From positions 384,524,001-384,588,000 of the forward strand of contig NW_027362767.1 in NCBI RefSeq assembly GCF_046119375.1: DNA of 64,000 nt, read 5' to 3'. The position numbers were made by a program, and so were the translations under genes. The notes below the pieces were generated by a model. It had not been told where the DNA came from, searched no databases, and was given only the letters and a program-made list of their open reading frames with translations. The stretch comes from Phyllobates terribilis. Its lineage: Eukaryota. Within the stretch, counting starts at the first letter, position 1; every line of letters begins with the position of its first letter. This document shows, in pieces, positions 39,677 to 50,369 of this stretch.

Positions 39677-40066
39677 TTAAATGGGTATTCCCATCTCCAA
39701 GATCCTATCCCAATATGTAGTAGGTATAATAATAATATTAGCAAATCCCTCCAATTAGAAATGTAGTATAGTTCTTCTGATTTGCTATGTTGCTTACCCC
39801 ATGTGCAGGGCATTGCAGGAGCTTAGGTATCCAAGGTTAAGATTACTTTTATAGGTATCCGTGGTTACGCCCACTACCTAACTGACTATATGAGTAATCG
39901 TAACCTTGGATACCTAAGCTCCTGCAATGCCCTGCACATGGGGTAAGTGACATAGCAAATCAGAAGAACTATACTACATTTCTAATTGGAGGGATTTGCT
40001 AATATTATTATTATTACACCTACTACATATTGGGATAGGATCTTGGGGATGGGAATACCCCTTTAA
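39677..40066. mobile_element. Near-perfect 390-bp palindromic TTAA-flanked MITE (T2/Kolobok-like)
   Basis: TTAAATGGGTATTCCCATC ... GATGGGAATACCCCTTTAA; arms of about 170-175 bp are nearly exact reverse complements. Confidence 0.88.
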
Positions 40067-40575
40067 TGTCTAATATATGTGGATCCCACCTCTATGGGGC
40101 CAATGGATAGAGATAGTAAGATCGATTTGTGGGACTCTGGTCCATCGACGAGGTCAGTAGTCTGTAGACGCTGGATAGGAAGCTGGCGAATCTCTTACCC
40201 TACATGTGATTTTTGACAAGCTAGGCCCGGTAAGACGTCATCGTTGCGGCGTGTTGCCCAGCAGACATTGCACCGGCCCTAGCTAATCAAAAGCCGCATC
40301 ACTGGAGCTGGGAAGGTAAGAGATTGGAGAGCTATCTGTCCAGCGTCTACAGACTATGGACCTGGCCGAAAAACCGCCAATCGATATGCCCATCTCTAAG
40401 CCCATAGCTCTGCAGAGGAGCTGTGAACACAAAACGTCGATTTTCACTTAAGACTATACTATGCTGCTTTCAACTTGGAGACTTTGGAAATAGATAGTTC
40501 CAAAGGAGAACAAACCCTAAAATTAATGGTGACCGCATTATGCTCAAACCTACAGGAGTCATTCCTGCATCATAC

Positions 40576-40793
40576 CTGCAGGGCCGTGAACACATGGGCC
40601 AGTGGTCTGGATGAACGAGTCGATGTATCCAACACCTGCTTCTTAACGATTTCTTTTAATTGGGAGAAATCAGTGGGAGGAACTACAGTCTTTGCTCCCA
40701 CGTAGTGGATTGAGCTGAAGGCCTCTGGAGGGGTCCCCAGCTCATGGAATCTCTTGAGAAGGTCGGTCTCCGCCTGTCCATGGACTTTGCTTC
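40576..40793 (-). CDS. ZFYVE1: ZFYVE1-like exon
   Basis: ...RFHELGTPPEAFSSIHYVGAKTVVPPTDFSQL...TRSSRPLAHVFTALQ; TTTCACAG| and CAG|GTATG; 218 nt. Confidence 0.94.
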
Positions 40794-40816
40794 CTGTGAA
40801 AAACAATGTAGATATA

Positions 40817-42433
40817 CAGTGCATTGTGAAAGTATTTGGCACCTTGAACTTTTCTACCTTTTGCCACATTTCTGGCTTCAAACATAAAGATATAAAATTC
40901 TAATTTTTGGGGAAGAATCAACAACAAATGGGACACAATCGTGAAGTGGAATGAAATTTATTGGATATTTTAAACTTTTTTAACAAATTCAAAACTGAAA
41001 AGTGGGGCGTGCAATATTATTCGGCCCCTTTACTTTCAGTGCAGAAGTTCGGTGAGGATCTCTGAAGGATCCAATGTTGTCCTAAATGACTGGCAATGAT
41101 AAGTAGAATCCACCTGTGTGTAATCAAGTCTCCGTATAAATGCACCTGCTCTGTGATAGTCTCAGGGTTCTGTTTCAAGTGCAGAGAACATCATGAAGAC
41201 CAAGGAACACACCAGGCAGGTCCGAGATACTGTTGTGGCGAAGTTTAAAGCCGGATTTGGGTACAAAAAGATTTCCCAAGTTTTAAACATCTCAAGGAGC
41301 AGTGTGCAAGCGATCATATTGAAATGGAAGGAGTATCAGACCACTGCAAATCTACCAAGACCCGGCCGTCCCTCTAAACTTTCATCTCGAACAAGGAGAA
41401 GACTGATCAGAGATGCAGCCAAAAGGCCCATGATTACTCTGGATGAACTGCAGAGATCTACAGCTGAGGTGGGAGAGTCTGTCCATAGGACAACAATCAG
41501 TCGTACACTGCACAAATCTGGCCTTTATGGAAGAGTGGCAAGAAGAAAGCCATTTCTCAAAGATATCCATAAAAAGTCTTGTTTGAAGTTTGCCACAAGC
41601 CACCTGGGAGACACACCAAACATGTGGAATAAGGTGCTCTGGTCAGATGAAACCAAAAATCAAACTTTTTGGCCACAATGCAAAACGATATGTTTGGCGT
41701 AAAAGCAACACAGCTCATCACCCTCAAAATACCATCCCCACTGTCAAACATGGTGGTGGCAGCATCGTGGTTTGGGCCTGCTTTTCTTCAGCAGGGACAG
41801 GGAAGATGGTTAAAATTGATGGAAAGATGGACAGAGCCAAATACAGGACCATTCTGGAAGAAAACCTGTTGGAGTCTGCAAAAGACCTGAGACTGGTACG
41901 GAGATTTATCTTCCAACAAGACAATGATCCCAAACATAAAGCAAAATCTACAATGGAATGGTTCAAAAATAAACGTATCCAGGTGTTAGAATGGCCAAGT
42001 CAAAGTCCAGACCTGAATCCAATCGAGAATCTGTGGAAAGAGCTGAAAACTGCTGTTCACAAACGCCCTCCATCCAACCTCAATGAGCTCGAGCTGTTTT
42101 GCAAGGAAGAATGGGCAAGAATTTCAGCCTCTCAATGTGCAAGACTGATAGAGACATATCCCAAGCGACTTGCAGCTGTAATCGCAGCAAAAGGTGGCAC
42201 TACAAAGTATTAACTCAAGGGGGCCGAATAATATTGCACGTCCCATTTTTCAGTTTTGAGTTGGTTAAAAAAGTTTAAAATATCCAATAAATTTCGTTCC
42301 ACTTCACGATTGTGTCCCACTTGTTTTTGATTCTTCTCCAAAAAAATAGAATTTTATATCTTTATGTTTGAAGCCAGAAATGTGGCAAAAGGTAGAAAAG
42401 TTCAAGGGGGCCAAATACTTTCACAATGCACTG
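40817..42433 (+). mobile_element. Tc1 element, Passport-like family (MKTKEH...), copy A
   Basis: TA|CAGTGCATTGTGAAAGTATTT...CACTG|TA; ~214-bp TIRs; transposase 41193-42213 with a +1 frameshift near 41655. Confidence 0.94.
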
Positions 42434-42456
42434 TATATAAAAAAAAGCCTCCTCAC

Positions 42457-42961
42457 CATGACCCAGCAGGTTTGTCCGTAACGTCTCATGGAAAATAAGA
42501 AGAGCTGGTCCAAGACTGGACAAAGTGACTTCCAGACCACAGCGACTCGATAAGGCTTTCAGCTCCGGGGTGAAGAACTTCAGGTAAGCCTTGGAAGCAT
42601 TTCCAAGAAACTGGAACATATCATTGTGTAACCTCTCCGCCCGTGTCCTGTATATCACCAGATCGGACACCGCCAGGACCTTCAGAAGAAGACGTAGCCT
42701 CTGGCTCTGTTTATCGGTGGCCCCAAGAAGACCTTCCGTGTCCAGCAGAATCAGAGACAAGGCCGGGTAGTATGCAGCCCACACACCGATGGTGCACGAG
42801 TCCTGAGAAGGGGACGTTCTGAAGACCTCCAGACCCCCAAAAAACATATGGTTGAGAGTGTGGGATTTTCCATCTCCAGTGTTGCCAAAAATACTGAGAA
42901 CTTTCACAGGCTCTTGTGGACTACAGCCAAGCCTGGTAATGAGCTCTGACACATCTTTCAC
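42457..42961 (-). CDS. ZFYVE1: ZFYVE1-like, P-loop NTPase (atlastin/GBP-like) exon
   Basis: VLSIFGNTGDGKSHTLNH...TSPSQDSCTIGVWAAY...LLDTEGLLG...RLLLKVLAVSDLVIYRTRAERLHNDMFQFLG; TTTAAG| and G|GTGAG; 505 nt. Confidence 0.95.
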
Positions 42962-44224
42962 CTTAAAGCAAAAAAATAAATAAAAATCAGAACATTACCG
43001 GAGACAGCAGCAGACGTCCTGTTGATGGATCCAAGTATCGTTACAGGTAATGCTTCATATCTATCGATGACGGAGGTGCTCTTGAAGTTCCTGGGCCAAG
43101 ATGACAACAAAGCCCTCCACCACCCATGGGCTTTTTATGACCCTTTTAAAACTGGTTTTCTGTCTTGGGAAACCAGAACTTTGTGAAAGCACAATTTTTT
43201 TTTTCAAAAACAAACTGAGTTTCACTCATCCTCCCCGGGTCCAGCACCGAGTCTCCGTTGCTGCTCCGGGTGGCAGGTATTGTCAGCAGTGCTGACATCA
43301 TGTTGACAGAACTGCAGCCAATCAGTGAGCTCAGAATTTCTCCCCGAGTTAACGGCACAAGCTACTGAGCTCACTGATTGGCTGCAGTGCTGTAAACACT
43401 GCAGACAATGAAAGACACTGGAAGCAGCAGAGGAGTCTCAGTGCCGGACCCAGGGAGGGTGAGTGAAGCTCAGTTTGTTTGGTTTCTTTTCAACTTGCAG
43501 CCTCAGGTGGGGGGTTTTAGGGAAAAAAATAAAATTCAACATGCCCAATCCTCATCTTCCAAAACATAATTTGGAAGGATTGGGCGGCCCCTGCATTAGA
43601 CAGTCCTCCCGGTTATCAGTGAGCTTGGCCGGGCGTTCTGTACGGGCCCTTTACAATCTGGTTTCTGTGTTGGAGAAGTAAATCTCTTGGTATCATTATT
43701 AATCAGTGCATGTCCTCTCTGGGATACCGCTAACCCTAAATGGTTCAGGTAAAATGAGTCACGAGAATAAAAATACCCAGTACCCTAATTGTGAGCTATA
43801 ATCAGAGAAGAACATAGAGGTCCTGTCCTGTTTTCTTAATGACACACATAAAGGTTTCTCACCACTTTGCCTTTGTCTCCACGATTCTGCACTGATCTAT
43901 TTTCTCCATATAACATTACAGGGGTCTGATTTTCTCCGTAAATTAAAAAATCCTGGCTGCTTGCAGCTGCCACTAGAGGGAGCAGTTTATGGCCCACGAG
44001 GTTAGAATTCAGTTTAACCCCTTCAGAGCACAGCCCATTTTGGCCGCGCCGTTCTGGCTCTGTATACTGCACACAGCTGATCGGTGGTGGGATAAGTCAT
44101 CAATATCGAAGATCTGAACAACTCCTTTAATCTACCGGAAATGTATTTTATTTATTAATTAATTACATTTGCAATGTAATAAAAGAAAAAGCTTTGTTGT
44201 TTTGTGATTTATTTTGCAAGTTGC

Positions 44225-44770
44225 ACTGTGGCGGGTACAGGGGTCACTGAGGCATGTAGAGGGGACCTCTTGGGCAGGTACAAGGGGCTTCTGGGACAGG
44301 TACACGGAGAATCTGGGGCAGGTACAGGGGGGCTCTCTGCCAGGTAGGGGACAGCAAGGGGCTCTCGGGCAGGTACAGGGGGGCTCTCGGGCAGGTACAA
44401 GGGGCTCTGGGTCAGATACAGGGGGCAGTCGGCCAGGTACAGGGGGCAAGTAAAGGGGGCGCTGGGGCAGGTACAGAGGGCTGTCTGCCAGGTACAGGGG
44501 CCCCTGAGGCAGGTACAGGGGGCTCTCGGTCAGGTACAGGGGGCAGGTAGAGGGGGCTCTCGGCCAGGTACAGGGGGCAAGCAGAGGGGGAATTGGGGCA
44601 GGTACAGGGGGCAGTCGGACAGGTACAGAGGGCAGGTAGAGGGGTCAGGTACAGGGGGTTCTCGGCCAGGTACAGGGGCCCCTGGGGCAAGTAGAGGGGG
44701 CTCTGGGGCAGGTACAGGGGGTTCTCGGCCAGGTAGAGGGGCCCCTGGGGCAGGTAGAGGGGGCGCTGGT
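44225..44770. repeat. G-rich ~20-21-bp minisatellite
   Basis: Repeated CAGGTACAGGGGG(C/G)...(CTCTCGG); it generates the spurious Pro/Gly-rich ORFs of the track. Confidence 0.88.
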
Positions 44771-44853
44771 CTTGTGACTGCCGTTGGTGGAGCAATCTGC
44801 CCTGTGGCCTCTATGTATCTATACACCACGTTCACACTGAAGTCTCCTCCTAC

Positions 44854-44964
44854 CTGCAAGTTCTCGTTGTCGTCCACCAGTAAGATGCTGCCGTCCTCCT
44901 CCTCCTCCTCCTCACCCTGGTCACTCTTCATGGACAGGGGATGCTCCGGGAGCACGGCAGACAT
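44854..44964 (-). CDS. ZFYVE1: ZFYVE1/DFCP1-like protein, first coding segment
   Basis: MSAVLPEHPLSMKSDQGEEEEEEDGSILLVDDNENLQ; the LLVDxNExxQ end matches the ZFYVE1 motif before the NTPase domain; donor CAG|GTAGG. Start inferred as the first in-frame ATG after tandem in-frame TGA stops at 45160-45165. Confidence 0.8.
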
Positions 44965-45192
44965 AGTCCAGGCCGGGACAGACGCGACCGTCACCCTGCG
45001 CGGCCCGCAGACATTGCACCGGGGACTTTCAGTTTCAATGTTTACAAAACATAGTGGAGAGCTGCAGTGCCACCCAGCGGCCCGGCCGCGGTACTGCGAG
45101 GACTTGTGCTCACGTGGTGCAGGGAGACTCCATCCTGCTGACCTTTTACTTGTGAATCTTCATCATAAATCCTCCAAATACAGAATATTTCT
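44965..45192 (-). promoter_or_regulatory. 5'UTR part of the first coding exon of ZFYVE1-like, carrying four uORFs
   Basis: Acceptor GTTATTCTGCAG| at 45193; uORFs 45166-45146 (MMKIHK*), 45133-45110 (MESPCTT*), 45052-45035 (MFCKH*), 45014-44991 (MSAGRAG*). Confidence 0.6.
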
Positions 45193-46920
45193 CTGCAGAA
45201 TAACAACAACGTATGAGCCACCAATTGTTGCTTTATTTGTAAATAACTGGGTTTATATAAAGTGACTATAAATATTGAAGATTGCCTCCAGGCACTAGGG
45301 GGCACTAGGGAGACAGTTTTTTATTTTCTGGATCACAGGTATTTTTTGCAGGTTTCAGACAGATGAAATATGGCTGTTAACCCCTTAATGACCAGGCCTG
45401 AAAAGGCATTGACAGGACAATTTTATTTTATTTTTACGGCTTTGCTTTTTAGCAGATATAACTTTTATTATTTTCCTGACATGGCTGTATGGGAATTTGT
45501 TTTATGTGGGGAAAAAAAATGTTGTTGTTTTTTAGTCGGGGTTCAGATTTATGTAAGGCTCCAAATAAATTGATTTGTAATTTATAGTAATTTCGTTTAT
45601 AAAAAAAAAAAAGAAGTGATTTTTAGGATTTTTTTTTACATTTTAAACGCCGATCAGAAGATCACGCGCAGCTTTCCACTCAATTTATAGTCTGCGGGAC
45701 TGGTGGAAAAGAGCAGAATACACGGCTGGGTGTCAGGGACTTATCACATAGCCTACGAATAGGTAGTAAGTAAAATTGTAGGGACACAGGCGTCTTTGGT
45801 TTATGTCCTGTAGAAGAGTCAATAGAATTACATGAAAAAAACACCTTATCCTCAGCACGTTGCATTGTTTTTTTTGGGGGGGTGGAAATGACCAAAAAAA
45901 ATATTGTGCAAGTAATAAATTAAATAAAATGGTTTACTAGTTTCAAAAGACCCCTTTCTCCTGAAATTGAGCTTTACTCACCCTTCCAAGGTCCAGCACT
46001 GAGTGTCCACCGCGGCTCCAGTGTCTGTTGTTGTCTGCAGCGCTGATGTCATGTCAGACATTAACTGAGGTCAATGACTTGTGCTGTCAACTCGGCAGAA
46101 CCGCTGAGCTCACTGATTGGCTGCAGCGCTGTCAGCGCTGCAGACAATAACAGACAATGGGAGCAGAGACCCAAACTGGAAAAACCCTTAAACAACTCAT
46201 CAGGGAATGGAGCAGGGGTCCAGCATGTGCACTGCTGTCAATTCTAATGGGGATTAAAGTGCCCCGTTCTGATGATTGGTGCAGATCCCAGCGGTCGGAC
46301 CCCCACATCAATAAGTTATCACCTATCCCATGGATGACAGGTGATAATTTGTTTTTCCCCAAAAAAACTCTTATCTCATGTCCTCATCTCATATCACCAC
46401 ACCATTAAATATTTTAGGCAAAATTTGTAATGAAACCAGTCTCCCCTTAGTACAAACTTCTGCACCTCACGACAATAGCTTAGTCTGGAGATACGTGCGA
46501 GTCCGAGGTGAAGCTGGTCTTACCTGGCTAATAAATGACACTGAGATCTGTACTTATTGGCAGAAAAGAAAATGTGCTGCCATAGCAAACTTTCTATTTC
46601 CCATGTTTTATTATTTATATTATTGCTTTCTAGTAGGTGCGATGCTGCTTTCTAGTAGGTGTTTTATCTCACCCCAATGCTTGATTTCACAACTGCAATG
46701 CTAAGTGCTGCTGTATAATGTCCTGGCAATCAAAGGACTGTCATATATGTTGAAGTCTATGGAGTCAGCTGCCCGTTCAGCTAAAGAGCCTGGTGATCAT
46801 CAGGTGTCTGCCCGACATGGCTGAGCTCGCACTACCAGTGACTTATGTAACAATGTAACAGCAGGGGGTTGTTTTCCCTGTAAATGTAGCATATGTGGAT
46901 GGAGCTATACAATGTGACAA

Positions 46921-46967
<47 letters not shown>

Positions 46968-46970
<3 letters not shown>

Positions 46971-48576
46971 TGCATTGTGAAAGTATTTGGCTCCTTGAAC
47001 TTTTCTACCTTTTGCCACATTTCTGGCTTCAAACATAAAGATATAAAATTCTAATTTTTGGGGAAGAATCAACAAATGGGACACAATCGTGAAGTGGAAC
47101 GAAATTTATTGGATATTTTAAACTTTTTTAACAAATTAAAAACTGAAAAGTTGGGCATGCAATATTATTCGGCCCCTTTACTTTCAGTGCAGAAGTTCAG
47201 TGAGGATCTCTGAATGATCCAATGTCGTCCTAAATGACTGGTAATGATAAATAGGATCCACCTGTGTGTAATCAAGTCTCCGTATAAATGCACCTGCTCT
47301 GTGATAGTCCCAGGGTTCTGTTTCAAGTGCAGAGAACATCATGAAGACCAAGGAACACACCAGGCAGGTCCGAGATACTGTTGTGGCGAAGTTTAAAGAC
47401 AGATTTGGATACAAAAAGATTTCCCAAGTTTTAAACATCTCAAGGAGCACTGTGCAAGCGATCATATTGAAATGGAAGGAGTATCAGACCACTGCAGATC
47501 TACCAAGACTCAGCCGTCCCTCTAAACTTTCATCTCGAACAAGGAGAAGACTGATCAGAGATGCAGCCAAAAGGCCCATGATTACTCTGGATGAACTGCA
47601 GAGATCTACAGCTGAGGTGGGAGAGTCTGTCCATAGGACAACAATCAGTCGTACACTGCACAAATCTGGCCTTTATGGAAGAGTGGCAAGAAGAAAGCCA
47701 TTTCTCAAAGATATCCATAAAAAGTCTCGTTTGAAGTTTGCCACAAGCCACCTGGGAGACACACCAAACATGTGGAATAAGGTGCTCTGGTCAGATGAAA
47801 CCAAAATCAAACTTTTTGGCCACAATGCAAAACGATATGTTTGGCGTAAAAGCAACACAGCTCATCACCCTCAAAACACCATCCCCACTGTCAAACATGG
47901 TGGTGGCAGCATCATGGTTTGGGCCTGCTTTTCTTCAGCAGGGACAGGGAAGATGGTTAACATTGATGGAAGATGGACGGTGCCAAATACAGGACCATTC
48001 TGAAAGAAAACCTGTTGGAGTCTGCAAAAGACCTGAGACTGGGACAGAGATTTATCTTCCAACAAGACAATGATCCCAAACATAAAGCAAAATCTACAAT
48101 GGAATGGTTCAAAAATAAACGTATCCAGGTGTTAGAATGGCCAAGTCAAAGTCCAGACCTGAATCCAATCGAGAATCTGTGGAAAGAGCTGAAAACTGCT
48201 GTTCACAAACGCCCTCCATCCAACCTCACTGAGCTTGAGCTGTTTTGCAAGGAAGAATGGGCAAGAATTTCAGCCTCTCGATGTGCAAGACTGATAGAGA
48301 CATATCCCAAGCGACTTGAAGCTGTAATCGCAGCAAAAGGTGGCGTTACAAAGTATAAACTCAAGGGGGCCGAATAATATTGCACGCCCCACTTTTCCGT
48401 TTTGAATTTGTTAAAAAAGTTTAAAATATCCAATAAATTTCGTTCCACTTCACGATTGTGTCCCACTAGTTTTCGATTGTTCCCCAAAAAATTAGAATTT
48501 TATATCTGTATGTTTGAAGCCAGAAATGTGGCAAAAGGTAGAAAAGTTCAAGGGGGCCAAATACTTTCACAATGCA

Positions 48577-48579
<3 letters not shown>
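46968..48579 (+). mobile_element. Tc1 element, Passport-like family, copy B
   Basis: Same ends as copy A; transposase 47341-48356 with a -1 frameshift near 47968; (TA)n on both sides. Confidence 0.94.
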
Positions 48580-48650
<71 letters not shown>

Positions 48651-48653
<3 letters not shown>

Positions 48654-50293
48654 AGGTCTATATATATTTGGACAGAGACAACATTTTTCTAATTTTGGTT
48701 CTAGACATTACCACAATGAATTTTAAACAAAACAATTCAGATGCAGTTGAAGTTCAGACTTTCAGCTTTCATTTGAGGGTATCCACATTAAAATTGGATG
48801 AAGGGTTTAGGAGTTTCAGCTCCTTAACATGTGCCACCCTGTTTTTAAAGGGACCAAAAGTAATTGGACAATTGACTCCAAGGCTATTTCATGGACAGGT
48901 GTGGGCAATCCCTTCATTATGTCATTCTCAATTAAGCAGATAAAAGGCCTGGAGTTGATTTGAGGTGTGGTGCTTGCATTTGGAAGGTTTTGCTGTGAAG
49001 TAAACATGTGGTCAAATGAGCTCTCCATGCAGGTGAAACAAGCCATCCTTAAGCTGCAAAAACAGAAAAAACCCATCCGAGAAATTGCTACAATATTAGG
49101 AGTGGCAAAATCTACAGTTTGGTACATCCTGAGAAAGAAAGAAAGCACTGGTGAACTCATCAATGCAAAAAGACCTGGGCGCCCACGGAAGGCAACAGTG
49201 GTGGATGATCGCAGAATAATCTCCATGGTGAAGAGAAACCCCTTCACAACAGCCAACCAAGTGAACAACACTCTCCAGGAGGTAGGCTTATCAATATCCA
49301 AATCTACCATAAAGAGAAGACTGCAGGAAAGTAAATACAGAGGGTTCACTGCACGGTGCAAGCCACTCATAAGCATCAAGAAGAAAAAGGCTAGACTGGA
49401 CTTTGCTAAAAAACATCTAAAAAAGCCAGCACAGTTCTGGAAGAACATTCTTTGGACAGATGAAACCAAGATCAACCTCTACCAGAATGATGGAAAGAGA
49501 AAAGTATGGCGAAGGCGTGGTACAGCTCATGATCCAAAGCATACCACATCATCTGTAAAACACGGCGGAGGCAGTGTGATGGCTTGGGCATGCATGGCTG
49601 CCAGTGGCACTGGGTTACTAGTGTTTATTGATGATGTGACACAGGACAGAAGCAGCCGAATGAATTCTGATGTATTCAGAGCCATACTGTGTGCTCAGAT
49701 CCAGCCAAATGCAGCCAAACTGATTGGTCGTCGTTTCATACTACAGATAGACAATGACCCAAAACATAAAGACAAAGCAACCCAGGAGTTTATTAAAGCA
49801 AAGAAGTGGAATATTCTTGAATGGCCAAGTCAGTCACCTGATCTCAACCCAATTGAGCATGCATTTCACTTGTTAAAGACTAAACTTCAGACAGAAAGGC
49901 CCACAAACAAACAGCAACTGAAAACCACCGCAGTGAAGGCCTGACAGAGCATCAAAAAGGAGGAAACACAGCGTCTGGTGATGTCCATGAGTTCAAGACT
50001 TCAGGCAGTCATTGCCAACAAAGGGTTTTCAACCAAGTACTAGAAATGAACATTTTATTTACAATTATTTAATCTGTCCAATTACTTTTGGTCCCTTTAA
50101 AAACAGGGTGGCACATGTTAAGGAGCTGAAACTCCTAAACCCTTCATCCAATTTTAATGTGGATACCCTCAAATGAAAGCTGAAAGTCTGAACTTCAACT
50201 GCATCTGAATTGTTTTGTTTAAAATTCATTGTCGTAATGTCTAGAACCAAAATTAGAAAAATGTTGTCTCTGTCCAAATATATATGGACCTAA

Positions 50294-50296
<3 letters not shown>
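48651..50296 (+). mobile_element. Tc1 element (MWSNELSMQVKQ family), defective
   Basis: ~220-bp TIRs (CA)GTTAGGTCYATATATATTTGGACAGAGAC; DD34E transposase 49006-50043 with a premature TGA at 49942; left terminal CA lost into (TA)n. Confidence 0.92.

Positions 50297-50366
<70 letters not shown>

Positions 50367-50369
<3 letters not shown>

Noticed and set aside
44159-44853. Pro-rich and Gly/Gln-rich ORFs on both strands
   Set aside because: They are translations of the ~20-bp minisatellite inside an intron.
45160-45165. In-frame TGA-TGA in a phase 0-0 exon, read as selenocysteine or readthrough
   Set aside because: The upstream frame is not convincingly similar to ZFYVE1 (only a weak RCNVCG), no SECIS was identified, and a 5'UTR is the simpler explanation.
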